A stretch of 63,407 bases of DNA, filler included, from Actinomycetota bacterium (GCA_009886115.1; 5 parts of 5 records of this genome joined end to end with filler, not necessarily neighbours in it); one strand, 5' to 3'; shown: positions 50,501 through 59,621, numbered from the whole stretch's first letter. Program-made: numbers and translations. Notes: generated from the letters alone by a model not told the origin.

Positions 50501-50598
50501 CCGGCCCTGTTCCGACGAACCGCAGGGGCGCCCGGTTCGTCATCGAGCGAGTCCTGGTCGAACAGCGCCGGTCGCGGGGGCTGCGGCTCGTCGCTCAC
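47533..50598 (-). CDS. mltG: Endolytic transglycosylase MltG with a very long low-complexity N-terminus
   Basis: C-terminal YceG domain (VPEG, EGLVYPATY, ASLIEEE, LQIDAT, WNTY, GLPPTPI) after one TM helix; canonical position between ruvX and aroE; start uncertain. Confidence 0.88.
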   Translation of the reverse strand: MSDEPQPPRPALFDQDSLDDEPGAPAVRRNRAGEAGADAPARRTTAPHRERGTDAPPARAAGARRAEPRPEPRPDTLGEARPEQRAEPWPEQREEPGVKARPDRRDELRDESRDKARAKPRTEATSEGGAEPRPSPGARRAAPTRAFEDPAAGPAPQRRDPRDAERAPEPIPTRSRRQAPDPDRDRGSEASGAPVRAPRRSPAEDTAALERSAATPVRGGPRSDPSSERRPDAEPPRPSAGRASSPGPEQRSAVPSADAGSAATSIVFRGLEDLGRESSEPEPRPGARRRPGAPQPVPEPAQQEPTEQQIGERWLGDELRPGGAAPPRLAPPRLEPPRLEPPPRPTPAAVVPEAVPARPAAEAVPVSPAPVSAARPSLSVLDELLRDHDHPVADRTPEVVSETSAPAGAATPEGDLPTRSPSDATPERRSPPASFELAFAADEVPAPPSAASDDQPDHPVRAPESAEPHGVGLETRGMALPRFLPGSGFDGPGGSTAGLAWNVEPRIPSSGASRSFAAEDAERDHDAADLAMTGQLVFSGEQARFDLETIDEADRSRSQSPAPGQALVPIGEIGGPGAESEQEWVDDGSSDPFAEAARAPDRRGPSRRRSGARAFVQPADPDEAQPIGWPDQVYWRVAYQRVGARRRRVYIPVTPPMAAAQRRGGYRSPRMRSYRWARVLVSFAVFVLIVGGAGLWVRNWWLRQLDPSGPPGAAVTVVVPEGASTSDIVSLLKENEIIGTEWAFRFYLDRKGIDEIQAGEYSIARNSAAWDVVTALESPVKPAEIPVDKLVVPEGLTLVEIADRVAALPGGRSAEVFLELAENGRVRSKFQPGLVATVEGLVYPATYDIPPEWSEFDILTRMVEEFDERATALGLVPGVPVRGLDPYQIIVIASLIEEEAKVEADRVLISQVIHNRLAVPMRLQIDATVLYARELQGLPRTDRLSNDDLLLSSHWNTYVRDGLPPTPIAASRSASIDAAMNPIPGPYLFYVLTNVDGSHSFAATLEEFEAFKAQAKADGVI

Positions 50599-50688
50599 GA
50601 GCGCCGTCCCGGGGCGCGAGCAGCCGTGAACCCGCCCGTCGGTCTGGTCGCGAGGTCTCGGATCAGCGTCACCGCTCCCATTCTCGCA

Positions 50689-51144
50689 TCACTCGGGGTC
50701 CGAGCGCGGCCGCGTGTCGAGCCAGGCCTGCAACATGACCGCGGCCGCGACCTTGTCGACGAGTGCCCGACGGGCCTGGCGCTTGACTCCCGCCTCGATC
50801 AGGGCGTGCGTGGCGGTGACGGTCGTGAGTCGCTCGTCGTGCACCACGATCTCGGGAACGGGCACGGCTCCGGCTCCGGCCCGGGTCCGCAGGGCCTCCA
50901 CCTCGGCCATCGCGCTGTGCGCAGCGCGGCCCATCGTCCCGTCCAGCGACAGGGGAAGGCCCACGACGATCGTCGAGCACTCCTCGTCGCGGGCCACGTC
51001 GAGGATGGCCCGGGCAAGGCCGGACCGGTCGCGGGTTCGGGCCAGCACCGAGTAGGGCGAGGCGAGCACCCGCCCGGCGTCGGACAGGGCCAGCCCCACC
51101 CGACGTTCGCCGAGGTCGACACCGAGCACCCGCCCGTCGGTCAC
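50689..51144 (-). CDS. ruvX: Holliday junction resolvase-like RuvX/YqgF
   Basis: LGVDLGERRVGLALSD, VVGLPL, DERLTT, VDKVAAAVMLQ. Confidence 0.95.
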   Translation of the reverse strand: MTDGRVLGVDLGERRVGLALSDAGRVLASPYSVLARTRDRSGLARAILDVARDEECSTIVVGLPLSLDGTMGRAAHSAMAEVEALRTRAGAGAVPVPEIVVHDERLTTVTATHALIEAGVKRQARRALVDKVAAAVMLQAWLDTRPRSDPE

Positions 51145-51199
51145 GACTGCTGACCCGTCCTCGGGGAGGGACGGGCACCCCGGCGGCGTTCGCGTCGGC

Positions 51200-53866
51200 T
51201 CACGACTCGGCGATGGCGGCCCGTGCGGTCGCCGCGGCCACGGCGAGGGCCCCGTCGATCGCTCCGGCGTTCTTGCCGCCGCCTTGCACGAAGTCGGTCC
51301 GTCGGGGATCGGCGCCACCGCCCACGAGCTTCGCGGCCCCGGCTGCGATGACGCCCGCCGAGACCCCGAGCTCTTGCAAGTCGGCCGACACGGCGACCGT
51401 GAACGCCACCTTGTCGCCGTCACCCACCTGGCTCATCAGCACCACGACACCGGAGCCGATGGCATCGCGCACCGAGTTCGAGAGCAACCGGAGATCGTCG
51501 GCAGTGCGGCCGTCGAGCCGAGCGACGACGACACCATCGGTCTTCGATGCCGCGAGCGCGTCGGCCTCGCCCGCCGCGGCCGCGGCTCGAAGCGCTTCGA
51601 GCTCACGACCCAGCACCTTCATCTGGTCGAGGAGCCGACCGACCCGATCGGGAACCTCGCTCGCCTTCACCCCGAGCAGCGTCGCCGTCGAGGCCAGCGT
51701 CTCGTCGCTCTCGCGGATGTGGGCCAGCGCGGCCTCCCCGGTGAGCGCCTCGATGCGCCGGAGGTTGGCGCCGATCGAGCCTTCGCTGACCACGCGAATG
51801 GGGCCGATCTCGCCCAGCGACGAGACGTGCGTGCCGCCGCAGAACTCGAGCGAACGGGGCCCGGCGCGCAGCACCCGCACGGTGTCGCCGTACTTGTCGC
51901 CGAAGAAGGCGATGGCCCCCATCGTCTCGGCGTCGGCCTTGCTCGTCTCGATCGTCTCGACGGTCGCCGCGCTCAGCACCTCGCGGTTGGCCAACGCCTC
52001 GATCTCGTGGAGCTTCGACGCGGGGACGGCCTCGTGATGGCTGAAATCGAAGCGCAGACGGTCGGGCGCGACGAGCGAGCCCGCCTGCTTGACGTGATCG
52101 CCCAGCACGGTGCGCATCGCAGCGTGGAGCAGGTGGGTGGCGGTGTGGTTCCTGCGGATGCTGTCGCGGCGCTCGCCGTCGATGCGGGCGCTGACGACGT
52201 CGCCGACGGTCAGCCGGCCCGTCGAGAGCCGACCCCGGTGGACGGTGAGCGTTCCCGCCAGGCCCTGCACCGTGTCGCGCACCTCGAAGGTCGCTCCGCC
52301 GGCAGCCTCGATGACGCCGGTGTCGCCAACCTGGCCACCCGACTCGGCGTAGAAGGGCGTCCGGTCGAGCACGAGCTCGACGGTCGCGCCGATGTCACCG
52401 TCACCGTCACCTGAGCCCGGGCGCACACCAGCGTCGACCCACTCGACCCGCTCGCCACCGGCGATGAGCCCGATCACCCGGGCGTCGTCGAGCGTCGAGG
52501 TGTGATGGCCCACGAACTCGCTGCGCCCGGCGACCTCGAGGATCTCGCGGTAGAGCTCGGGATCGGTGCCGGTTCCGGCGCCCTTGCGGGCCTCCTGGGC
52601 CCGGGTGCGCTGCTCGGCCATCCGCGCGCCATACCCGTCGAGATCGACCGCGCGGCCGCGCTCTTGCGCGATCTCACGGGTGAGGTCGATCGGGAAGCCC
52701 AAGGTGTCGTGGAGGAAGAAGGCGTCCTGACCGCTCAGGTCGCCCCGCGCCAGGACGTCGTCGAGGTGGTCGAGGCCCCGGGCGATGGTGAGCCGGAAGC
52801 GCTGCTCCTCCCGCTCGAGCACCTGGGCCAGGAAGGCCCCATTGGCGGCGACGTCGGGGTAGGCCTCGCCCATCGTGGCCACCGCGGCCTCGACCAGGCG
52901 GGGAGTGACGGTCTGCTCGACGCCCAGCTGGTAGGCGTGGCGCACGGCCCTGCGGATGATGCGGCGTAGCACGTAGCCGCGCCCCTCGTTCGACGGCACG
53001 ACCCCGTCGGAGACGAGGAAGGTCATGGCGCGGGCGTGGTCGGCCAGGATGCGCAGCGACACGTCGATCTTCTCGTCGGCCCCGTAGGTACGGCCGGTGC
53101 ACTCCTCGGCCGCCGCCACCAGCCGCCGCAGCACGTCGGTCTCGAAGACCGAACGCTCGTCGGCCATGACGGCCAACAGCCGCTCGAGCCCGGCGCCGGT
53201 GTCGATGTTCTTGCGGGGCAGCTCTTCGAGCGATCCGTCGGCCAAGCGGTTGTACTGCATGAACACCAGGTTCCAGACCTCGGTGAACCGCTCCTCGCCG
53301 CCGTGCTTGGGTCCACCCTCGGCCCCCCAGCTGGGACCCCGGTCGAAGTAGATCTCCGAGCACGGCCCGCACGGGCCGGTGGGGCCCATGGCCCAGAAGT
53401 TGTCTTCCTCACCCATGCGCTGGATGCGTTCCGTCGGCACGCCCACGATCTCGTGCCAGAGCTTGGCGGCCTCGTCATCGGTCTCGAAGACCGTCACCCA
53501 GAGGCGCTCTGGGTCGAACCCCAGCACCTCGGTCATGAGGTCCCAGGCAAAGGGGATGGCGTCGGCCTTGAAGTAGTCGCCCAGGCTGAAGTTCCCGAGC
53601 ATCTCGAAGAACGTGAGATGGCGGGTGGTGGTGCCGATGATGTCGATGTCTGTCGTCCGGAAGCACTTCTGCACGCTCGTGGCGCGAGGCCAAGGCGCCG
53701 CTTCGTCGCCGAGCATGTAAGGCTTGAACTGGACCATGCCCGCAGTGGTCAACAACAGACTCGGATCGTTGGGGATCAGGCTGGAGCTGGGAACGACGGT
53801 GTGACCGCGCTCGGCGAAGAAGCCCTGGAAGGCCCGGCGGAGCTCGTCGGCGGTCATGCGTCGCAT
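51200..53866 (-). CDS. alaS: Alanine--tRNA ligase
   Basis: AGMVQFK, TFFEMLGNF, DTGAGLER, HTATH, EFCGGTH. Confidence 0.98.
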   Translation of the reverse strand: MRRMTADELRRAFQGFFAERGHTVVPSSSLIPNDPSLLLTTAGMVQFKPYMLGDEAAPWPRATSVQKCFRTTDIDIIGTTTRHLTFFEMLGNFSLGDYFKADAIPFAWDLMTEVLGFDPERLWVTVFETDDEAAKLWHEIVGVPTERIQRMGEEDNFWAMGPTGPCGPCSEIYFDRGPSWGAEGGPKHGGEERFTEVWNLVFMQYNRLADGSLEELPRKNIDTGAGLERLLAVMADERSVFETDVLRRLVAAAEECTGRTYGADEKIDVSLRILADHARAMTFLVSDGVVPSNEGRGYVLRRIIRRAVRHAYQLGVEQTVTPRLVEAAVATMGEAYPDVAANGAFLAQVLEREEQRFRLTIARGLDHLDDVLARGDLSGQDAFFLHDTLGFPIDLTREIAQERGRAVDLDGYGARMAEQRTRAQEARKGAGTGTDPELYREILEVAGRSEFVGHHTSTLDDARVIGLIAGGERVEWVDAGVRPGSGDGDGDIGATVELVLDRTPFYAESGGQVGDTGVIEAAGGATFEVRDTVQGLAGTLTVHRGRLSTGRLTVGDVVSARIDGERRDSIRRNHTATHLLHAAMRTVLGDHVKQAGSLVAPDRLRFDFSHHEAVPASKLHEIEALANREVLSAATVETIETSKADAETMGAIAFFGDKYGDTVRVLRAGPRSLEFCGGTHVSSLGEIGPIRVVSEGSIGANLRRIEALTGEAALAHIRESDETLASTATLLGVKASEVPDRVGRLLDQMKVLGRELEALRAAAAAGEADALAASKTDGVVVARLDGRTADDLRLLSNSVRDAIGSGVVVLMSQVGDGDKVAFTVAVSADLQELGVSAGVIAAGAAKLVGGGADPRRTDFVQGGGKNAGAIDGALAVAAATARAAIAES

Positions 53867-53922
53867 GGAGGTGCAGGCTACCCGGGCCGATGCGTCACCT
53901 TCGGCCCTGATCGGCGGAGCGC

Positions 53923-54231
53923 TCAGACGAAGCTTCGGGGCGGCGTGCCCCCGTCGGCCCCGGTCGCCGGAGAGCGCCGACGTTCGAGCTCGACGCGCAG
54001 CTCCGACTCCCTGGCCCGCATCGCCCGGCGACCTTCACGCAGGGCGGCCCGGGTGCCGGATCCGACGTCGCGAGCGCCAGCGAGGGCCCGATCGGCCACC
54101 GAGCCGGGCCTCATCGCGGCGAGCATCCGTTGGATGCGCCGCTGGATGCCTCGTTGGATGCGCAGCGTGAGACCGGCACCGAGGCCCACCCCGGTGAACA
54201 GCCAGAGGAACCGCCGAATCAGCTTGAACAT
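53923..54231 (-). CDS. Small membrane-anchored hypothetical protein of the alaS operon
   Basis: MFKLIRRFLWLFTGVGLGAG...EGRRAMRARESELR; TGATG overlap. Confidence 0.75.
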   Translation of the reverse strand: MFKLIRRFLWLFTGVGLGAGLTLRIQRGIQRRIQRMLAAMRPGSVADRALAGARDVGSGTRAALREGRRAMRARESELRVELERRRSPATGADGGTPPRSFV

Positions 54232-54662
54232 CAGACGTCCTTGCGCCGTCGCTTCGACGTGACCGACACCTGCGCAGGAAGCGGCGGGGGCTCGGTGTCG
54301 CCTTCGGCGGGACGGGCGGTGAGACGACGGAACCCTCGGGCCACGCCGGTCCCGAAGGCCATCGACTTCACCACGGGGCTCCCGAGCGCGGTGTAGGCGA
54401 GCCGTGACGCCGAGTCGGCGGTGGAGGCCACCGATTCCGCCGCCTCGATGAGCAGCCCCATGCGTTCGACCGAGCCCGTGGTGGCCTGTACCTGGTCGCG
54501 CAGGTCGAGCACGAGCGGGACGGTCTCGCGCTGGATGGCCTGCGCGGCGCCGTGCAGGGCCCGGGCTGCTCGGGTCAGCGAGCGCAGGGCCACCAGGAGC
54601 AACACCACCAGGACGGCGGCGACACCGCCGAGCACCGCCACCGCCCACTCTCCCCCGCTCAT
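54231..54662 (-). CDS. DUF948-like membrane/coiled-coil protein
   Basis: N-terminal TM, helical body, PVVKSMAFGTGV; ATGA overlap with rarA. Confidence 0.75.
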   Translation of the reverse strand: MSGGEWAVAVLGGVAAVLVVLLLVALRSLTRAARALHGAAQAIQRETVPLVLDLRDQVQATTGSVERMGLLIEAAESVASTADSASRLAYTALGSPVVKSMAFGTGVARGFRRLTARPAEGDTEPPPLPAQVSVTSKRRRKDV

Positions 54663-56098
54663 CGCTGCTCCCCCACCCCTCGCCCCCCTGGCGTTGAATC
54701 GTTCGGCTGTGCCCCGCTCGGCCTCGCCCCGCCTGGCCCCGCATCGTGCTCGTCCGCCGGTCGCCGACGGTCGCCGATCCAGGGCCACCGCTCGGCGATG
54801 CGACGCTCCTCACCGTGCGGCGACGGTTCGTAGTACCGACGGCCGGCCACCTCGTCCGGCCGGTGCTCCTGGTCGACCCAGCCCTCGGGTCGGTCGTGAG
54901 GATAGACGTAGCCGTCGCCGTGACCCAGCGTGGCCGCCCCCTGATAGTGGCCGTCTCGCAGGTGGACGGGTACCCGTCCGGCCGGACGGTCGCGCACGTC
55001 CTGCCGGGCGGTGCCGATGGCCACGGTCACCCGGTTCGACTTGGGTGCGGTGGCCAGGTACACGACGGCGTGGGCCAGGTTGAGCTGGGCCTCGGGCAGG
55101 CCCACGAACTCCACGGCCTGCGCGGCGGCGGTGGCCACGAGAAGGCCACGGCTGTCGGCCAGGCCCACGTCCTCCGACGCCAAGATGACGAGCCGGCGGG
55201 CGATGAAGCGGGCGTCTTCGCCCGCCTCGAGCATCCGGGCCAGCCAGTACAACCCGGCATCGGGGTCCGACCCTCTGATCGACTTGATGAACGCCGAGAT
55301 CACGTCGTAGTGCTCGTCGCGGTCGTAGCGCAGCGCTCGGGAGGCGATGGCGGCCTCGGCGTCGGCCAGCGTGATCTCGTTGCGGTGCGCTTCCTGGGCC
55401 AGCGCCGCGGCGACCTCGAGGCAGGTGAGCACGTGCCGGGCGTCGCCCCCGGCCCGGTCGGCCAGATGGTGACGGGCCTCGGGCGTGATGGTGACCTGCT
55501 CGGTGGTCGCCGCGTGACCCAGGCCCCGCTCGACGTCGGCCAGCGCCCGATCGACGAGGGCCTCGAGCTCGACGGTCTCGATGGCTTCGAGCCGGAACAG
55601 CGTGCTGCGTGAGAGCAGCGGCGGGTTCACCTCGAAGAACGGGTTCTCGGTGGTGGCTCCCACCAGCACGACCAACCCCTCCTCCACGTGGGGCAGGAGG
55701 GCGTCCTGCTGGGCCCGGTTGAACCGGTGGATCTCGTCGAGGAACAGGATCGTGCCCTGGCCGTGATGGCCGAGACGGGTGCGGGCCCGCTCCACCACCT
55801 CGCGCACGTCCTTCACCCCGGCCGTGACCGCCGACATGGGCTCGAACGCCTTGCTCGTCGCGCCGGCCATGAGCCGGGCGATCGTCGTCTTGCCGACACC
55901 CGGCGGCCCCCACAGGATCACCGACGACAGCCGATCGGCCTGGATCAACGCCCGCAAGGGCTTCCCGGGTCCTAGCAGGTGCCGCTGGCCCACCACATCG
56001 TCGAGCGTCTGGGGACGCATCCGGGCCGCCAACGGGGCGCTGCGGCGCAGCTGCTCCTCAGCTCCCGCGCTGAACAGATCGCCGCCCGCCGAGCTCAT
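54659..56098 (-). CDS. rarA: Replication-associated recombination protein A
   Basis: [42 protein letters not shown]. Confidence 0.96.
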   Translation of the reverse strand: MSSAGGDLFSAGAEEQLRRSAPLAARMRPQTLDDVVGQRHLLGPGKPLRALIQADRLSSVILWGPPGVGKTTIARLMAGATSKAFEPMSAVTAGVKDVREVVERARTRLGHHGQGTILFLDEIHRFNRAQQDALLPHVEEGLVVLVGATTENPFFEVNPPLLSRSTLFRLEAIETVELEALVDRALADVERGLGHAATTEQVTITPEARHHLADRAGGDARHVLTCLEVAAALAQEAHRNEITLADAEAAIASRALRYDRDEHYDVISAFIKSIRGSDPDAGLYWLARMLEAGEDARFIARRLVILASEDVGLADSRGLLVATAAAQAVEFVGLPEAQLNLAHAVVYLATAPKSNRVTVAIGTARQDVRDRPAGRVPVHLRDGHYQGAATLGHGDGYVYPHDRPEGWVDQEHRPDEVAGRRYYEPSPHGEERRIAERWPWIGDRRRPADEHDAGPGGARPSGAQPNDSTPGGRGVGEQR

Positions 56099-56174
56099 CG
56101 GCCCGATGCTAGGGCGCGGCCCTTCCGGGATCGGGGCCGACCACCGGTTGCGCATCAGCATGGCTATGAATGCA

Positions 56175-56191
56175 CATCATGATGCTACCCT
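56175..56191 (+). promoter_or_regulatory. vapBC operator palindrome next to the -10 element
   Basis: CATCATGATG perfect palindrome (56175-56184), then TACCCT 6 nt before the vapB ATG. Confidence 0.6.
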
Positions 56192-56197
56192 TGCGCC

Positions 56198-56431
56198 ATG
56201 AGGACGACCGTGACCCTCGATGACGACGTGGCCGCAGCGGTCGAGCAGATTCGCCGTGAGCGAGGGATCGGCGTGAGCCAGGCGATCAACGAGCTCGTCC
56301 GACGCAACCTCGTCGAGGCATCCCGGCCGACGAAGCCCTTTCGCCAGAAGACCCACGCGCTGCAGTGCCGCATCGACGTGAGCAACGTCGCCGAGGCCCT
56401 GGAGCTGGCCGAGGGACCCGGCTACCACTGA
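56198..56431 (+). CDS. vapB: VapB-type RHH antitoxin
   Basis: MRTTVTLDDDV...SQAINELVR. Confidence 0.9.
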   Translation: MRTTVTLDDDVAAAVEQIRRERGIGVSQAINELVRRNLVEASRPTKPFRQKTHALQCRIDVSNVAEALELAEGPGYH

Positions 56432-56859
56432 TGCTCGTCGACGCCAACCTGCTGATCTACGCCGTCGATTCGACCTCACCCCACCACGAGCGCGCCCGCA
56501 CCTGGCTCAGCTCCCAGCTCGACGGTCCCGTCCGGGTCGCCATCCCATGGGCCTCGATCACCGCGTTCGTCCGGCTCGTGACCCATCCCCGGGTCATGGC
56601 CAGCCCCCTCCCGTCGGCCACGGCGTGGGACCGGGTGACTGACTGGCTCGATCGCGACGTGGTGTGGACGCCCGTCCCCACGCAGCGGCACGCCGAGATC
56701 TTCGGCGCCCTCATCGTCGATCTCCACCTCACCGGCAACCTCGTGGCCGACGCCCACCTCGCCGCCCTGGCCATCGAGCACGGCCTCGTCATGTGCTCAG
56801 CCGACACCGACTTCGCCCGCTTCCCCACCCTCACCTGGCACAACCCGTTGACCGCCTGA
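56431..56859 (+). CDS. vapC: VapC PIN-domain toxin
   Basis: MLVDANLLIYA, GNLVADAHLAALAIEHG, SADTDF; TGATG overlap. Confidence 0.93.
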   Translation: MLVDANLLIYAVDSTSPHHERARTWLSSQLDGPVRVAIPWASITAFVRLVTHPRVMASPLPSATAWDRVTDWLDRDVVWTPVPTQRHAEIFGALIVDLHLTGNLVADAHLAALAIEHGLVMCSADTDFARFPTLTWHNPLTA

Positions 56860-56977
56860 GCGGAGACGTGGCTGCCGCAGGAGGGTTCGCAGCTCCGACG
56901 CCGCGAGTCCCGTCCCTCGACGGACATTGCATCACGGCGCCAGGGCTCCGGAGCAGGTCTCTGCCGCCCGTCGACAA

Positions 56978-57046
56978 CCCTCGAACTCCGGAACAACGAA
57001 CCCTCTGATCCCGGAACGATCTGCCCTCCAACGACGGAACAATGTC
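56978..57046. repeat. Three phased bipartite direct repeats CCCTC-N6-CGGAAC-N6 (23-bp period)
   Basis: CCCTC at 56978, 57001, 57024; CGGAAC at 56989, 57012, 57035; spacers differ. Confidence 0.85.
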
Positions 57047-57059
57047 AAAGCTTGTAGGT

Positions 57060-57224
57060 GTGAACGCTCCGCTCAGCTCGATCGTCGAGCGACGTCTCGC
57101 CGCCATCATCGAGACGCGCCTCGGCGACGAACCCTCCATCGGGCTCCAAGGGCCCCGATCGGTTGGCAAGTCGACGTTGCTCCGGGCCATCGCCGCGCCT
57201 AGCGCACGCCTAGCGCACGCCTAG
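57060..57224 (+). pseudogene. AAA+ ATPase (AAA_14/DUF4143-like) N-terminal remnant
   Basis: IVERRL...LGDEPSIGLQGPRSVGKSTL Walker A, then an 11-bp tandem repeat and a stop. Confidence 0.75.
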
Positions 57225-57243
57225 CGCACGCCTAGCGCACGCC
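57196..57243. repeat. 11-bp tandem repeat CGCCTAGCGCA, about 4.4 copies
   Basis: Exact copies. Confidence 0.95.
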
Positions 57244-57420
57244 CCGCGCTAGCTCGTAGCCCACGCTGTCGATCGCCGGGACGTACACCGGACAGCCCAT
57301 GGCAGGCATGGCGAACACCTCGGGGACAATGGTGAGCACATCGCCCGTGACCCCGAACCAGCCGCCACGCTCCGAGCACCCGTCGACACGTCCGTTACCC
57401 ACGAAGCCGGCCAGGGCGCC
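57232..57420 (-). pseudogene. Possible META/HslJ-domain remnant
   Basis: DGCSERGGWFGVTGDVLTI...AMPAMGCP resembles the GCN...GD.L...T.MAC pattern. Confidence 0.3.
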
Positions 57421-57500
57421 CTGCCCTCGGCCCCATCGTGTCCCCCCGTGGGGCCTCCCGGCAGACGGGACACGCGCGCCAGGGCGGGCTGGAGCCCAGG

Positions 57501-58757
57501 CTACGACCGGGGAGGGCCACCAGGGAGGTGAGCTGCCGTACCGTCGAGCTCTTCGCCCCAGAGGCTGGTGAGCTCGGGGCGGGCCAGGCGGATGGCCAGA
57601 GCCAGCACACCACCGATGACCGAGGCGCCCGCTGCGGTGGAGCGCAGGCCGATGCGGTCGCCGAGCCAGCCCTGGATCGTGAGGCCGATGGGATACGAGA
57701 GGCCCAGCGTGGCGAAGAACAGGCTCACGACGCGGCCGCGGAGATGACGCGGCGTTCGGGTCTGGGCCACTGCGCCGAGGCCTGACAGCATCGCCAGGTA
57801 CAAGAACCCGACGACACCGATCGCCACGGCGGCTGTCCACACCGTGGGCGCCAGCGCGTACAGCACGATCGCCGGCGGCAACGCCGTCATCACCCCCACG
57901 AGCATGCCCCGACGGCCATACCGGCGCGACAGCCAGCCGATCACCAGCGCCATCGAAACGGCGCCGATCCCTTGCGCCGTCACCAGGATCGACGTCTGGC
58001 GGGGCCCACCGTCGAAGACCTTCTCGACCACCGCCGGCACCAGACCGATGAACGGTGAGATGAACACCGCGTACAACGCCAAGGCGCTCATCGACGACCT
58101 GATCGCCGGATCAGCCCGCACGTAGCGCCACCCCTCGGCGATCGTCTCCCTGATCGGCGTGCCCGCCGTGCCCCTCACGGGTGGCAGGCGCAGCAGCGAA
58201 ACCGCCACAACCACCGCGAGGAACGACACGGCGTTGAAGCCGAATGCCCACTCGTAGCCGAGCGTGGAGATCACGATGCCGGCCAGCGCCGGCCCGATCA
58301 CCCGGCCCAGGTTGAACTGCGCCTGCGACAGCGAGATGGCGGGGAGCAACAGCGGCTGCGGGAGCAGGTCGGGCATGATCGCCTGGTAGGCGGGGAAACC
58401 CAGCGCCCCGCTGGCACCGTTGCCGAAGGCCAGCAACGAGATCATGCCCGGCCCGGGCCGGCCGGTCGCCACCAGCACCGTCAACGCCAGAGCGAAGCCC
58501 AACTGGCACATGGTCGTGACGACCATGAGGCGCTGCCGGTTCACCCGATCGGCCAGCGCCCCTCCGAGCGGACCGAGGACGGCCGTGGGGAGGAACGCGG
58601 CCGCTGCTGCGACGCCCGTCCACGACGCCTTGCCGGTGGTGTCGGCCACGTAGGTGCCGACGGCGATGGCTTCCATCCAGTTGCCGATGTTCGACACGAA
58701 CGCGCCCGTCCACACCTGAGCGAAGGCCCGATGCCGAAACGGCTCGAACGGCGACAC
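57501..58757 (-). CDS. MFS transporter
   Basis: SNIGNWM, GGALADRVNR, FNLGRVIGPALAG, LRGRV; about 12 TM segments. Confidence 0.92.
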   Translation of the reverse strand: MSPFEPFRHRAFAQVWTGAFVSNIGNWMEAIAVGTYVADTTGKASWTGVAAAAAFLPTAVLGPLGGALADRVNRQRLMVVTTMCQLGFALALTVLVATGRPGPGMISLLAFGNGASGALGFPAYQAIMPDLLPQPLLLPAISLSQAQFNLGRVIGPALAGIVISTLGYEWAFGFNAVSFLAVVVAVSLLRLPPVRGTAGTPIRETIAEGWRYVRADPAIRSSMSALALYAVFISPFIGLVPAVVEKVFDGGPRQTSILVTAQGIGAVSMALVIGWLSRRYGRRGMLVGVMTALPPAIVLYALAPTVWTAAVAIGVVGFLYLAMLSGLGAVAQTRTPRHLRGRVVSLFFATLGLSYPIGLTIQGWLGDRIGLRSTAAGASVIGGVLALAIRLARPELTSLWGEELDGTAAHLPGGPPRS

Positions 58758-58868
58758 CGAGACGGTCTCGGTGGTCTCGGCCGTCGCGGCATCGGGTCGG
58801 GGATCCAGCGTGCGCTCCAGTCGGCGACGAACGACCGGATGCTACCGAGGGTGCGGTACCATTCCTAC

Positions 58869-59519
58869 GTGGCCGTCACCAGAGCCCGCGACTACCCGTA
58901 CCTCCCCGGCGAAGAGGACAACCCGCTCGTGGAATCGGCGCGCCATCTCGAATGGATCTTCCTCTTGTTCCAGGCCGCCCGGCACACCGTTGCCGACCGC
59001 ACGGCGGCTGTGTTGGGGAACGTTCGCTGGGTTCCCGCCGACGGCGGAGCCGAGGTGGCTCCCGATCTGATGGTCGTACCCGGCCGATCCGGCGCCATCG
59101 ATCGGTCATACGACCAGGGCCCTGACGACCCTGCACCGGTCGTCTGTGTCGAGGTGGTCTCGCGTTCGAACACCCGGGCCGAACTCGACAGTAAGGCTAT
59201 GCGATACCTGGCCAACGGGGTGAGCGAGGCGTTCATCGTCTGGCCCGACGAGGGAGTCGATCGCTGGGCTCTCGATCAGACCGGCCGGCCGGTCATGACC
59301 GATGCCGTGGGCCGATACGTTGCCAGCCTCGACCTCACCTTCGCCCGAGACGGCCAGGATCGGCTCGGGATCTGCTGCCCCGCCGGGCGCTTCGTGCTCC
59401 CAGGTGCCGACACTTACGCGTGGCTCGCCCAGGAGACGAGTCGAGCCGACAACGCCGACCGCAAGGCCGACACCGAAACAGCCCGAGCCGACACCGAAGC
59501 AGCCCGAGCCGACACCGAA
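58869..59519 (+). CDS. Uma2 family restriction-endonuclease-like protein with a coiled-coil repeat tail (partial)
   Basis: VAPDLMVV, VEVVSRSN, K..Y...GVSE; ARADTE heptad repeats; TACCAT -10. Confidence 0.85.
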
Positions 59520-59619
59520 NNNNNNNNNNNNNNNNNNNNNNNNNNNNNNNNNNNNNNNNNNNNTTAATTAATTAANNNNNNNNNNNNNNNNNNNNNNNNN
59601 NNNNNNNNNNNNNNNNNNN
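59520..59619. other. Artificial contig spacer
   Basis: N run with TTAATTAATTAA. Confidence 0.99.
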
Positions 59620-59621
59620 CC

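Noticed and set aside
56978..57046. Mini-CRISPR reading of the phased array
   Set aside because: Conserved boxes of 5-6 nt and 6-nt spacers are far too short; better read as binding sites
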